Under the pieces are notes generated by a model. It was not told the DNA's origin. It saw only the letters and a list, made by a program, of their open reading frames with translations, and ran no database searches. Shown here piece by piece: positions 36,351-46,518 of a DNA stretch of 64,000 nucleotides. The position numbers and the translations under genes were made by a program. Numbering within the stretch: position 1 is the first letter of the stretch; the number at the start of each line of letters is the position of its first letter. The stretch is taken from contig OY969767.1 of the NCBI GenBank assembly GCA_963702895.1, positions 960,001 through 1,024,000 of the forward strand. Reading direction: 5' to 3'. The DNA is from an uncultured Elusimicrobia bacterium. Lineage in GTDB: Bacteria; Elusimicrobiota; Elusimicrobia; 2-01-FULL-59-12.

Positions 36351-37670
36351 TCAAAGCCTTACGAGGTGGCCCGCTTCCAGGCCACGGAGCATGTTCCGTG
36401 TGTCGACCACGAGTTTTGAATGATGAAGAATCTCTTCTGACTTAAATTGGCGATGAGCCGTGGTGATCACGACGGCATCAGCCTGACGGAGGAGAGACGG
36501 CGAATAAGGCTTGCTTTTGAGGAGGTGCGTTTCCACCAAGATGGAAGGGACGAAGGGGTCGTGATAAGACACCTCGGCCCCCATTTCACGGAGCAAGTGA
36601 ATGACGTCGAGCGCTGGGGATTCCCGAACATCCGTGACATTCGCCTTGTAGGCGACCCCCAAGAGCAGGATCTTCGACCCCTTCACGGATTGCTTTCTTG
36701 CGTTCATGGCGCGCACAATCTTCATCACAACAAATTCAGGCATATGGGAGTTGACCTCCCCAGCAAGGTCGATAAAGCGGGCCGCAAAATTGAGAGATTT
36801 CATTTTCCAGGAGAGATAAAGGGGATCGATGGGAATGCAGTGTCCTCCTAAGCCTGGTCCGGGGTAAAACGGCATAAACCCGTAAGGCTTGGTGGAGGCC
36901 GCGTCGATGACTTCCCAAACGTTCAGCTTCAGCTTGTCACAAATCATCGTGATCTCGTTCACGAGACCGATGTTCACGGCGCGAAAGGTGTTTTCCAGGA
37001 GCTTCGTGAGCTCAGCGGTCTCGGCGCTTGAGACCGGGACCACCTGTCGAATGACTTGACTGTAGAGAGTGACCGCGAGGGTTGTGCAGCGGGGTGTTAT
37101 CCCCCCCACCACTTTGGGTGTATTGGGGAGTTTGTACTGCTTGTTGCCCGGATCAATTCTTTCTGGCGAGAAAGCGAGAAAGAAGTCTCGTCCCACCTTG
37201 AGGCCGCTTTCCTCGAGAATCGGCAGCACCTGTTCGCGCGTGGTGCCAGGATACGTTGTGCTTTCAAGGATGATGAGTTGACCCTTGCGGAGTGTTTTCG
37301 CGATGCGACGAGCAGCTTGGTCAATGTAGGTAATGTCCGGGTCTTTGCTTTTGTTGAGCGGTGTGGGAACGCAAATGATCAGTGCATCCATATGTCGAAG
37401 CTTCGCAAAATCGGTCGTTGCACGCAGGGTTTGTTTTTTAACAAGTTTCCGGACCAAACTGCTCTCGATATCACCGATATAGGACCGTCCGGCGGTAAGG
37501 GCTTTCACTTTGCTGGCATCAACTTCAAAACCCGTAACCTGAAAGCCCGCGCCCGCGAACTCGCAAGCCAGAGGCAGTCCCACGTACCCGAGCCCCAGCG
37601 TGCCTATGCGGGCGCCGTGGTTTTGGAATCTTTCATGCAGCCGACGAATGGTATTCATGTAATCTCGCAT
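36351..37670 (-). CDS. nucleotide-sugar 6-dehydrogenase (UDP-GlcNAc dehydrogenase WbpA/TviB-like)
   Basis: GLGYVGLP, CVPTP, ESTTYPGTT, SPERIDPGN, KLLENTFR, GPGLGGHCIPIDP, RESP. Start may be ATG 37658. Confidence 0.9.
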   Translation of the reverse strand: MRDYMNTIRRLHERFQNHGARIGTLGLGYVGLPLACEFAGAGFQVTGFEVDASKVKALTAGRSYIGDIESSLVRKLVKKQTLRATTDFAKLRHMDALIICVPTPLNKSKDPDITYIDQAARRIAKTLRKGQLIILESTTYPGTTREQVLPILEESGLKVGRDFFLAFSPERIDPGNKQYKLPNTPKVVGGITPRCTTLAVTLYSQVIRQVVPVSSAETAELTKLLENTFRAVNIGLVNEITMICDKLKLNVWEVIDAASTKPYGFMPFYPGPGLGGHCIPIDPLYLSWKMKSLNFAARFIDLAGEVNSHMPEFVVMKIVRAMNARKQSVKGSKILLLGVAYKANVTDVRESPALDVIHLLREMGAEVSYHDPFVPSILVETHLLKSKPYSPSLLRQADAVVITTAHRQFKSEEILHHSKLVVDTRNMLRGLEAGHLVRL

Positions 37671-37679
37671 TATAAGTCA

Positions 37680-38984
37680 TTATCGAGGGTGGATCTTGTC
37701 TCGCCGCCGTTGTGCAAATGCTTGGAACCCGCCCCCCGCCAATAAAAAAAGCGCTGGCATAAGCGGCAGCCGGTAGCGCGCATGGGCGTCAGCCCCGAGC
37801 GTCACAAGGAGAAAATAACAGAGCGGCAAAGACAGCAGGAGCGTGGTTTGCCACCCTGCTTCATGCCAGCATCGCCGGAGACCCCAAAGCGCCAAGCCAT
37901 AGATCGAAAAAAGAAAACACAGATAAAGAACCAGCAGAATGCTGAACCACGGGTGGCGCTGGATCAGGTGACGTGCCTGCTGGATCGGCGTCTCCGTGGC
38001 GTAAACCGGTTGTGCCAAAGGCTCGTATCGCGTGTCGTGAAGGAACATCCACGCTGCCACCTTCATGGAATTACCCGTCAACAGTTTCAGCAAGTCTCGC
38101 GCCATAAGCTTCGTATAGACGGTCCAATGTTTCATGAGATAACGGGACGCCCAGAGAGATTGACTTGGAGCGCCGGGCGCCTGCCGGTGAGCCTTCCGGA
38201 TGTCATCCACTGCTTGCGCATACGGTATCTGACGGCGTTCCACCTCCACCAGCGCCACGCGTACCAGAAAAAGGTTGTCGTCTTGAAGTGTTGAAAACGT
38301 CCATCGGCCGGACACGTGGTGATTTCTTGCAAACCAGCCTGCAATCGGGAGCAGCAAAGTCATCAGGAGAGCCAGGAGCCGTGCCTTTGAGACGGGAGGC
38401 TTGAGCCCTCGTCCCATCAGCAGGTAGAGGACGGCAAGCAAGGCTCCGTAATACAGACCCACCGGCCGGACAAAGGCTGAAGCGGCTGCCGAGGCCGCCG
38501 TCATCACCAGGCGTTGCCGCACCAGCCCGTAAAGGGACAGGCAGATGAAAAAGACGAAGAGGGTATCCGTTAAAACAAAAGCGCAATGAACCACACCGAC
38601 AAAATCCACCGCAAAGCCGATCCCGGCCAGACAAGCAGCGCGTATATCTTTCCAGAAATAGAATGCTGCCCAAAAAACAAGAGCGGCGGAGATTGAGTTG
38701 AGAAGCGCTTGGACCCATTGAATGCAACGCAAGCGAAGACTGCCATCTTGATTTAGAAAGGGAACGAGGAAGAGCGGATAACCCGGTGTGCGATAGACTT
38801 CCGGAATGAGTCTCCCGTCGTGGTAGACGGCATAGGCGCCCTGGTGGCGCAACACGTGCGCGGGCTTCGCATAGGTGTAACTGTCCGAGAAGAAAGCGTA
38901 TTCGGATTTCGGTCCGATGGCCAAGAGAAGCCAAGCGCGAAGCGCAAGCGCGAGCAGGAACACGCACCCTAGCCCCTTGACCAT
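37680..38984 (-). CDS. GT-C/ArnT-like membrane glycosyltransferase
   Basis: DSYTY, RTPGYPLFL, LTDTLF, RYRLPLMP; paralog of 53472-54773. Confidence 0.75.
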   Translation of the reverse strand: MVKGLGCVFLLALALRAWLLLAIGPKSEYAFFSDSYTYAKPAHVLRHQGAYAVYHDGRLIPEVYRTPGYPLFLVPFLNQDGSLRLRCIQWVQALLNSISAALVFWAAFYFWKDIRAACLAGIGFAVDFVGVVHCAFVLTDTLFVFFICLSLYGLVRQRLVMTAASAAASAFVRPVGLYYGALLAVLYLLMGRGLKPPVSKARLLALLMTLLLPIAGWFARNHHVSGRWTFSTLQDDNLFLVRVALVEVERRQIPYAQAVDDIRKAHRQAPGAPSQSLWASRYLMKHWTVYTKLMARDLLKLLTGNSMKVAAWMFLHDTRYEPLAQPVYATETPIQQARHLIQRHPWFSILLVLYLCFLFSIYGLALWGLRRCWHEAGWQTTLLLSLPLCYFLLVTLGADAHARYRLPLMPALFLLAGGGFQAFAQRRRDKIHPR

Positions 38985-38986
38985 GG

Positions 38987-39685
38987 TTACTTTCGTCTCC
39001 CGCTCAACAAGAGAAAGAGCGGCAAGACAATGCGTCCCCAGTCTTGAAGTGGCCGAATCTTGGAATAGTTCTTTCTGGTGGGGTAATTCTTACTCACGGG
39101 GACTTCACAAAACGGCACGCAAAGCTTGAGCGCGTAATAATGAAGGTAATATTCGAGTTCGTAAGTGGAGAGCCATGCCTGTTTCCACTGGACCAACGGT
39201 CGCTTCAGAAAAGACACGCGGTAGGCACGAAAGCCGTTCGTCACATCGGTCAAGCGGCGTCCCAAGCAAAGGCTCCAGATCCCGCTCAATAGCTTGATGC
39301 CAACATAGCGCTGGAATGGCAAATTCTTCCGTTCCCCTCCTTTTAAGAAACGCGAACCTTGAACATATTCCGCTCCCTGCTCGATGGCGATGAGGAGCCG
39401 GTCAATCTCTTGGGGGTTGTCTTTGCCGTTACCGGCCATGACCACGACCGTTTCGTATCCGTGCTCCAGGGCATAGGCGAAGCCGTCTTGCAGGCATTGT
39501 CCAACACCACCGCGTGTTGGGTGACGCACACAAGGGTAGCCACTTCGCTCAATTTCCTGGGGTGTGGCATCGGTTGAGGCATCATCGATCACGATCACAT
39601 CGCACACGCCTTTGGGGAATTTTGAAAGGAGCGCCGTGACGTGTGCGGCTTCGTTGAAGACTGGAATGATCGCGAGCGTTTTCAC
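38987..39685 (-). CDS. GT2 glycosyltransferase
   Basis: IIPVFNE, IDDASTD, MAGNGKDNP, GSRFLKGG, DVTNGFRA. Confidence 0.88.
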   Translation of the reverse strand: MKTLAIIPVFNEAAHVTALLSKFPKGVCDVIVIDDASTDATPQEIERSGYPCVRHPTRGGVGQCLQDGFAYALEHGYETVVVMAGNGKDNPQEIDRLLIAIEQGAEYVQGSRFLKGGERKNLPFQRYVGIKLLSGIWSLCLGRRLTDVTNGFRAYRVSFLKRPLVQWKQAWLSTYELEYYLHYYALKLCVPFCEVPVSKNYPTRKNYSKIRPLQDWGRIVLPLFLLLSGRRK

Positions 39686-40689
39686 ATCCAGTGGCGTTTG
39701 CCCTTGGCGTGGCTGGAGGTTTCCAAAGCCTCCAAGACGCGCACGACGCGTGCGCCGAATCGGCCATCGTTGATGGGAGAGCGGCCCGTATGGATGGACT
39801 TGAGAAAGGCTTGCATTTGCAACCGTAGAGGTTCGCGGGCGTCCAAGTGAGGGCTCAGGATATCGCCGGAGCGGTAGGTCAGCTGGAATTCACCGAAGGT
39901 TTCGGGGTTGCGGACGACCCCTTGATCGAAAATCTTGACTTTTTCATTGTTGGACGTGTCGTCATAGAGCACCATGCGCTTGGAGCCCACAATGGTCGTC
40001 ATGCGGAGCTTGGAAGGGGCCAGCCAACTGACATGGAGGTGGGCCAAGACGCCCTTGGGGAAGCCCAGGGTTGCAAAGCCCACTTCATGGATCTTTTTGC
40101 GCACGTGAGACGAACCTTCCGCGCAAGCCCAGAGTGGATCCTGGCCCAGCCAATACAAAAAGATCGAAATGTCATGAGGGGCCAGGTCTCGAAAAACGCT
40201 GACATCCGGCTGAAAAAGACCCAGGTTGACTCGGGAGGAGTTCAGATAATATATGTGGCCGAGGGCGCCTTGATCAATGAGGGCCCGGATTTTTTGTACG
40301 GGAGGGCTGTAGAGGAAGGTATGGCCTACCATGAGGATGCGCTTTCTGCTTTTGGCCAGTGCGACGAGGTCTTCGGCTTCCTTCGTGAACATGCAAAGGG
40401 GTTTCTCGACAAAGGTATGTTTTCCGGCGAGGAGCGCGTCTTTGGCGATACGATAATGCGAAGAAACGGGAGTCGCGATCGCCACCGCATCCACGCGGCG
40501 GTCTTTGAGCATGACACGGTAGTCGGTAAAGAACAGCGTGTCGGGGTGGCGGGCCTTCAGAGGGGTCAGGCGGTCCCGGAGACGGTCGCAAACCGCGTAG
40601 AGCCTTGCACCCGGCAATTCGGCGACGTTGCGGATGATATTGGGGCCCCAGTAACCTGTACCGATCACGCCAATGGAAATTGTAGCCAC
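39682..40689 (-). CDS. Gfo/Idh/MocA oxidoreductase (WbpB-like sugar dehydrogenase)
   Basis: GTGYWG, AIATP, VEKP, VGHTFLY, DLAPHD. Confidence 0.88.
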   Translation of the reverse strand: MATISIGVIGTGYWGPNIIRNVAELPGARLYAVCDRLRDRLTPLKARHPDTLFFTDYRVMLKDRRVDAVAIATPVSSHYRIAKDALLAGKHTFVEKPLCMFTKEAEDLVALAKSRKRILMVGHTFLYSPPVQKIRALIDQGALGHIYYLNSSRVNLGLFQPDVSVFRDLAPHDISIFLYWLGQDPLWACAEGSSHVRKKIHEVGFATLGFPKGVLAHLHVSWLAPSKLRMTTIVGSKRMVLYDDTSNNEKVKIFDQGVVRNPETFGEFQLTYRSGDILSPHLDAREPLRLQMQAFLKSIHTGRSPINDGRFGARVVRVLEALETSSHAKGKRHWM

Positions 40690-40848
40690 TGCGCGTTACT
40701 GTAATAAAAATATACCTATGAAGGAAATAGACAATACTTGCGGGACGAAAGCCGAGCGCTTGTTCGAACGTTCCCGCGGGTGGCGGTCTCTTCGTTTCGA
40801 CTCAGACACAGGATGGCAGCGGAGGGAAGATGCGGGGGCACTGCCTCC

Positions 40849-41760
40849 CTAGAGCTTGCGCGCGCAAATCTCCAGCGAGTCGAAGGTGTTGATATAGACA
40901 AGCTTGTTGGAGAAATTGAATTTCCTTATGACGCGGGAGACAGTCCCGGTCACGCCCGCCGAATAGCCTTTGAGCCGGCTTGCCCAGTATTGACCTGTGA
41001 AGACTCGTCCGTAGGACCGATGAAACACAACTTCAAAACCCGCCTTTCGGAGTATCGCCGAGAGCGTCTTGGTTGAAAAGTAATAGATGTGCGCCGGTCT
41101 CAAGCCCCACCACCGCATCCCAAGAAGGCGCGCCGCCCAACCCGACACGTCCGGCGTCACGAGATACACGTAGCCGCCGGGTTCCAGGATCCGGTTCACC
41201 TCGCGGATTGTGCCAAGAGGGTCCGGCACATGCTCAATGACATCCAGCATCGTTGCGATAGAGAAAGATCCGCTCTCTAAACCGGCTTTTTCGAGTGACG
41301 TCTGCCGAACGTCAAGTTGCAACTTCTCCCTTGCGAAGCGCGCCGCTGCAGCAGAGGGCTCCAGGCCCACGACCTCGAAATCCAGCCGGGCTGCGTTCAG
41401 AAAATAGCCAGTCGAGCATCCAATATCGACCAGACGGCCCGTTCGCACAAACCGCGTGATCGTGTTAAGGCTGAAAAAGGCGTTGATGCTCCGGGCCGCG
41501 TCCTCCTGCTGATACTCTTCGTCATCCGATTCCTGATAGAGACCAATGAGATCGTCATCGCGCAGACGCGGATTCGTGAAAACCAAGCCGCAGTCCCGGC
41601 AGCGAACCACCTGTCCGAAGTAGCCGTACCGATCGGTCGTCGCCTTGAAATCAGTTTCAGCGGGTCCCCTGCTGGGCGGCTCGGATCGAAATTTGACCGC
41701 ATACGAGCGACTCCCGCAGAGATTGCACGCTACGTCGATCAAACGGTTCCCGACGGTCAT
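40849..41760 (-). CDS. class I SAM methyltransferase with N-terminal CxxC...CxxC
   Basis: CNLCG...CRDCGL, VDIGCSTG, DVIEHVPDP; ATGA overlap with the upstream gene. Confidence 0.87.
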   Translation of the reverse strand: MTVGNRLIDVACNLCGSRSYAVKFRSEPPSRGPAETDFKATTDRYGYFGQVVRCRDCGLVFTNPRLRDDDLIGLYQESDDEEYQQEDAARSINAFFSLNTITRFVRTGRLVDIGCSTGYFLNAARLDFEVVGLEPSAAAARFAREKLQLDVRQTSLEKAGLESGSFSIATMLDVIEHVPDPLGTIREVNRILEPGGYVYLVTPDVSGWAARLLGMRWWGLRPAHIYYFSTKTLSAILRKAGFEVVFHRSYGRVFTGQYWASRLKGYSAGVTGTVSRVIRKFNFSNKLVYINTFDSLEICARKL

Positions 41761-43424
41761 TGCTGTTTCCACGAGGCTTTCTGGATGTGGACGTCAGACG
41801 GTGTTAGCCAGAAGATCCCTAACCGGTCGGCATCCTGCGGGCGTTCCGGAACACGAACCCAATTCAGGCTCTCAGAGACAAAAAGAGGATGGTTGCTGTA
41901 GGGCAACATCCACGAGGCATCCGGAGCCCGGTCCCGGAGCGCTGCGCGAAGAGCATCGAACACCGGACCAGATCCAGCCCACTCTCCAGCGTATATCGCA
42001 ACTGGAATACGGCGCTTCTCATGTCTCGTCACCGATGAGGGGATCATCGCCAGGAACTGCTCCGGTGTTAGGGATCCCTTATCCGGCCTCGATGCCATGC
42101 GGATGCCTAAGTAGGCCTGCCAGACCGGCCAGGTCACAGGATCAATCACCTGACCCCGATAACCCTCCCTTTCAAGATACTCGAGAGCGGGCCGGTAGGG
42201 ACTCCTCAGCCGTTCCCCCTGGCGAAGGGTAACGGTAAAAGCCATTAGTATAAGGCCTGAAAGAACCATCATATGAATCGCGTAGATTCTTCCCTCCCGC
42301 TTGACCATGGCAGACACCGCAATGGCTAGGCCCAGGTACAGGAGCGGCATGGGCATCACGATGACGCGTGATACTACCGTGCCGCTGTTCAGCAACCAGA
42401 AGGCGAGTGATCCCGCTGTCGCTGCGAGAACCGCCCGTGTCCGCCAGTCGAAACCACGCCAGCGAACCAGGTTCAGCACTAGAGCGAGCGCGAGCAGCCC
42501 TGAAAGGACCCACGTCTCCGTCCGCGCAAACCTGGCAAAGATAACAGCATTGCGCTGAAAGGCTTCTCCGAACGGAATATTTGTGTTCACCGTGACCCGT
42601 GTGAAGTTGTAGAGAATCTGCTGCAGGAACGTTCGAAAGACGGTGGTCGAGAGATAGTCGCCAGCGGCGACTTTAATCAACAGATAGACGGCCTCCCAAG
42701 CAAGGGAGGGAGCCACCAGGCAGAGTGCGGACGCGCCGCAATATTTCCATGAACGCTCTGATTTTTCCCATCCAAAGAGCACCGCGGCAAAGTACGCTAC
42801 TGCAAGCAGCCCAATCACGGGCAGCGTTGCGTAGTGAATTGTGAACGCAAGGCCCAGTGTCAGGAAAGCGGCACGAAACCGGCTCTTGAGAAAAAAGAAA
42901 ATCCCGAGCATCATCACGCTCGCGCCGACCGGGTGTGGGAAGGTGGTCACGACATAGTAGTTCCAGATTGGAGAAACCAGGAAGAGAAGCGCCAAAGCAC
43001 CCGCTGTTCTTTGATCGAGTCCGAGGAGTCGACCGCTGCAAAATAGCAAACCGACAGCCAGAAGCCCGCACATAATCGCGAGAAAATTCCCTGACAAAGC
43101 AATCGGGATTGGCAGCGAAGATAGAGCTGCGAGCGCGAGAATGTAGGTCGGTTTACCATTCCCCGGAGGAAGAATTCCGCCCTCTCGTCGGATCCGCGCG
43201 AGCACTTGCCCCAGATCCGAACTCCGGAAGGCTACTGTGGTGGCCGCCCGGATCGCTTGTCTCAAGCCCCGCGCTTCGCATAGGTAATAGCCCTCATCGT
43301 AATGAAGCACCTCACGATGGATTGCCGTCCGAATCTGAAAGATCACGGCCAGGACAACCACCGCAACAGCAGAGAGATGAATCAGGGAAGAGGTCGAGAA
43401 GCGCGAACTGGAATAAATCTTCAT
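41757..43424 (-). CDS. GT-C-like multi-pass membrane protein
   Basis: 555 aa; HYDEGYY in the first loop and about 10 hydrophobic segments. Confidence 0.68.
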   Translation of the reverse strand: MKIYSSSRFSTSSLIHLSAVAVVVLAVIFQIRTAIHREVLHYDEGYYLCEARGLRQAIRAATTVAFRSSDLGQVLARIRREGGILPPGNGKPTYILALAALSSLPIPIALSGNFLAIMCGLLAVGLLFCSGRLLGLDQRTAGALALLFLVSPIWNYYVVTTFPHPVGASVMMLGIFFFLKSRFRAAFLTLGLAFTIHYATLPVIGLLAVAYFAAVLFGWEKSERSWKYCGASALCLVAPSLAWEAVYLLIKVAAGDYLSTTVFRTFLQQILYNFTRVTVNTNIPFGEAFQRNAVIFARFARTETWVLSGLLALALVLNLVRWRGFDWRTRAVLAATAGSLAFWLLNSGTVVSRVIVMPMPLLYLGLAIAVSAMVKREGRIYAIHMMVLSGLILMAFTVTLRQGERLRSPYRPALEYLEREGYRGQVIDPVTWPVWQAYLGIRMASRPDKGSLTPEQFLAMIPSSVTRHEKRRIPVAIYAGEWAGSGPVFDALRAALRDRAPDASWMLPYSNHPLFVSESLNWVRVPERPQDADRLGIFWLTPSDVHIQKASWKQQ

Positions 43425-43527
43425 GGAAATCCCATTTAAACAAATTCCTACCGGGTCGGCAATTGATCAGGACTTCGTTTCTTTTTTAAAGCGGAGAGTG
43501 TAGAATGCTTCTCGGAAAGGAGGAACT

Positions 43528-44217
43528 ATGAAGCGTGCAAAGCCATGGGTTGGAGACCGCATCGGGCGGCACCTGCAGTTGGATCACGATGTGATTTTGA
43601 ATGCGATCCCCGGCCGCAAACTTTCCCGGCTCAAGCCTCTTGTCCTTGGATCCTTTGCGAAAATTCGTTCAGGGTCGGTTCTCTACGCCGCTTCAACCAT
43701 TGGGCATCATTTTGAGACAGGGCATCATGTGGTGGTGCGTGAAGAAAGCCGCATTGGGCACCATGTCTCCATCTGGAACAATACCACGCTGGATTATGGG
43801 TGCACGGTTGGGAACCGTGTCAAAATCCATTGCAATTGTTACGTTGCCCAATATTCCATACTCGAGGACGATGTTTTCCTCGCGCCGGGTGTGACGCTGG
43901 CCAATGATCTTTTTCCAGGGAGCCGCGGGGCGGCCCGTGTGCTTCAGGGCCCCATCCTGCGTCGTGGAGCCCAAATCGGCGTGAACGCGACAATCTTGCC
44001 GGGCGTGGTGATCGGGCGAGGCGCCCTCGTGGGTGCTGGCAGTGTGGTCACGCGAGATGTGCCCGATGGGGGCGTGGCCTTGGGGAACCCCGCGAGAGTG
44101 CCCAAAAGCCGAACCGATTTGCACTGGCCCCAGTCCTACCAACTGCGTAGACATGTTGCCAAGCGATACTATCAGAATCGTTTAAGAGGCCGACGGGTAT
44201 ACGAAAAGAGTTCTTGA
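43528..44217 (+). CDS. hexapeptide-repeat N-acyltransferase (WbpD-like)
   Basis: LbH repeats, [43 protein letters not shown]. Confidence 0.88.
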   Translation: MKRAKPWVGDRIGRHLQLDHDVILNAIPGRKLSRLKPLVLGSFAKIRSGSVLYAASTIGHHFETGHHVVVREESRIGHHVSIWNNTTLDYGCTVGNRVKIHCNCYVAQYSILEDDVFLAPGVTLANDLFPGSRGAARVLQGPILRRGAQIGVNATILPGVVIGRGALVGAGSVVTRDVPDGGVALGNPARVPKSRTDLHWPQSYQLRRHVAKRYYQNRLRGRRVYEKSS

Positions 44218-44251
44218 AAAGAGAGAGACATTCGAACATGCTGAGACCCCT

Positions 44252-45772
44252 ATGCCGCACGCCCACAAGCCGATCTGTCTGATTATTCCCCCTTCTCCTT
44301 TCCTCTTGGACGAAAGAGTCTTTATGACGCTAGGGCTCTTGCGTGTGGCAGCCTCTTTGGAGCAGGCCGGCCGGACCGTCGAGATCCTGGATCTTTCGGG
44401 GATCGATAATTTCACAGAAGCCGTGGAGTTTCATGCCTGCCGCTCGGAAGCGAGGACTTTTGGCGTCACTTCTACAACACCACAGATGCCCGCGGCGACA
44501 CGTGTGGCAGAGAGTTTGAGGCGTGTTCGACCGGACGCCCGTCTTGTCTTGGGCGGCCCCCATCCGACGCTCGTCCATGCAGCCTACAAGAAAGAAAGGA
44601 AGGCTGGTCGGCGAGGCCGCGCGCACGTTGCGTTCGAGAAATTGTCAGCGGTTTTCGACGTCATGGTTGCCGGGGATGGAGAGCGAGCGATCTTTGAGGC
44701 AATCGCGGATTCTCCGCCCCCCCTCATTGACGCGGATGATCCGAAGTCTTCGCTATTTTTGAACAACGAAACTCTGAACGCGCTGCCGTTCCCGTCTCGG
44801 CATCTTGTGGATGTGGACAGTTATCACTATTTTATCGAGGGAGAGCGCGCGCTGAGCCTGATCGCGCAATTGGGATGCCCCTTTTCGTGCGGCTTTTGTG
44901 GTGGGCGGGAGTCTCCCATGTTTCGGCGGGTGCGTATGAGAACGACTGAGAATGTGGTTGCCGAAATGCTCCACCTCTATCGGCAATACCATGTGAAGGG
45001 ATTTATGCTGTACGATGACGAGCTCAATGTCAATCCTCGAATGGTTGATCTCATGCATGCGATCGAGAAAGCTCAGAAAGAGCTCCACACTGAGTTTCGG
45101 CTGCGCGGTTTTATCAAGGCCCAACTCTTCACCGACGCGCAAGCCGAAGCGATGTATCGGGCTGGTTTTCGTTGGATTCTAACGGGTTTTGAATCTGGAT
45201 CTCCGCGTATCCTTCAAAACATCAATAAAAAGGCGACACGCGAGCAGAACACACGTTGTGTCGAAATCGCTCGAAGGCATGGGCTCAAAGTGAAAGCGCT
45301 CATGTCCATCGGGCACCCCGGAGAATGCCCGGAGACGGTCCAAGAGACCAAGGACTGGTTGCTTGAAAACAAACCGGATGATTTCGATGTGACCATTATT
45401 ACCACCTACCCCGGAACCCCTTATTATGATGAAGCCGTCAGGCATCCCGAGCATCCGGATGTCTGGGTCTACACCTACGCCAAGACGGGCGACCGACTTT
45501 ATAGCTATGAAGTCGACTATATGCGGGTCGCTGACTACTATAAAGGAGATCCCCAAGGCGGTTACCGGTCCTTTGTATATACCGATACCCTTTCGCCGGA
45601 GGACCTTGTGAGAAGTCGGGATGAGATGGAATCCGATGTTCGGGCGAAGCTTCAGATCCCTTTTAATCCCTCGCGCGCGGCAACAAGTTTTGAGCACTCC
45701 ATGGGCCAACAGCTTCCTGAGAGCATTCTTCGGAGCAGCTCCCCTGCACCGATCACCAAGACCGCCTCATGA
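44252..45772 (+). CDS. B12-binding domain radical SAM protein
   Basis: LIIPPSPFLLDERVFMTLGLL, GGPHPT, GDGE, LGCPFSCGFC, YDDELN, GFESGS. Confidence 0.9.
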   Translation: MPHAHKPICLIIPPSPFLLDERVFMTLGLLRVAASLEQAGRTVEILDLSGIDNFTEAVEFHACRSEARTFGVTSTTPQMPAATRVAESLRRVRPDARLVLGGPHPTLVHAAYKKERKAGRRGRAHVAFEKLSAVFDVMVAGDGERAIFEAIADSPPPLIDADDPKSSLFLNNETLNALPFPSRHLVDVDSYHYFIEGERALSLIAQLGCPFSCGFCGGRESPMFRRVRMRTTENVVAEMLHLYRQYHVKGFMLYDDELNVNPRMVDLMHAIEKAQKELHTEFRLRGFIKAQLFTDAQAEAMYRAGFRWILTGFESGSPRILQNINKKATREQNTRCVEIARRHGLKVKALMSIGHPGECPETVQETKDWLLENKPDDFDVTIITTYPGTPYYDEAVRHPEHPDVWVYTYAKTGDRLYSYEVDYMRVADYYKGDPQGGYRSFVYTDTLSPEDLVRSRDEMESDVRAKLQIPFNPSRAATSFEHSMGQQLPESILRSSSPAPITKTAS

Positions 45773-46518
45773 TGCTTTCCCTTATTATCCCGATCTATAA
45801 CGAGGCGCCTACCCTTAAAGCGATTTGGGAGATCCTCCATAGGCTGGATTGGCCTACGTCGGTCGAATACATCCTTGTGGATGACGGTTCCTCTGACACA
45901 TCGGCTGATATCGCTCGCACGCTGGTGGCTCCTCACGACCAGCTTATTCTCCAGGGTCAAAACCAAGGAAAAACCGCCGCTGTCAGAGCGGGTATTGCTG
46001 CCGCGACCGGCGACATCATCACCGTCCAGGACGCTGACTTGGAATATGATCCTCAGGATATCATCAGGCTCATGCGGCCCATTTTAGACGACAAGGCGGA
46101 TGTTGTTTATGGATCACGCTACAAACCGTCAGGAGACCAGATCCAAAGGACCTATCATCGGCTGGGGATTCGGCTGCTCACGATGTTTTCAAACCTCTGC
46201 ACCGGCATCTATCTGACGGATTTGGAGGGGTGCTATAAAGTATGGCGAGCGGATTTGCTCAAACATGTTGTCGTCGAAACATCCGGTTTTGACTTCGACC
46301 CTGAAGTGACGGCTAAAATTGCCAAGCTACGGGTCCGCATGCATGAATCCCATATTTCCTACTACCCTCGCTCTTATGTGGAAGGCAAAAAGATTCGCCT
46401 CAAAGACGGTTTGACAGCCGTCTGGACGCTTGTCCGATACAGCTTCTTGACCCGTTTTAAAAAATGCTTCAAGCCGTCCCTTCCTGCTCGGTATCTTTTC
46501 CCCGGTCAAACGCTTTAA
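45769..46518 (+). CDS. GT2 glycosyltransferase (DPM1-like)
   Basis: IIPIYNE, DDGSSD, QDADLEYDP, EGKKIRLKDG; ATGA-coupled to the rSAM gene. Confidence 0.9.
   Translation: MMLSLIIPIYNEAPTLKAIWEILHRLDWPTSVEYILVDDGSSDTSADIARTLVAPHDQLILQGQNQGKTAAVRAGIAAATGDIITVQDADLEYDPQDIIRLMRPILDDKADVVYGSRYKPSGDQIQRTYHRLGIRLLTMFSNLCTGIYLTDLEGCYKVWRADLLKHVVVETSGFDFDPEVTAKIAKLRVRMHESHISYYPRSYVEGKKIRLKDGLTAVWTLVRYSFLTRFKKCFKPSLPARYLFPGQTL

Noticed and set aside
4061..40704. Long antisense ORFs such as 4061-4828, 16886-17668, 18845-19612 and 39847-40704
   Set aside because: They shadow well-supported genes on the opposite strand, as expected in GC-rich coding DNA, and carry no motifs.
40735..40800. c-di-GMP-I riboswitch suggested by gcgggacgaaagcc
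   Set aside because: Only a partial match; the upstream GGCAAACC/GNRA stem is missing, and it is on the strand opposite the flanking genes.
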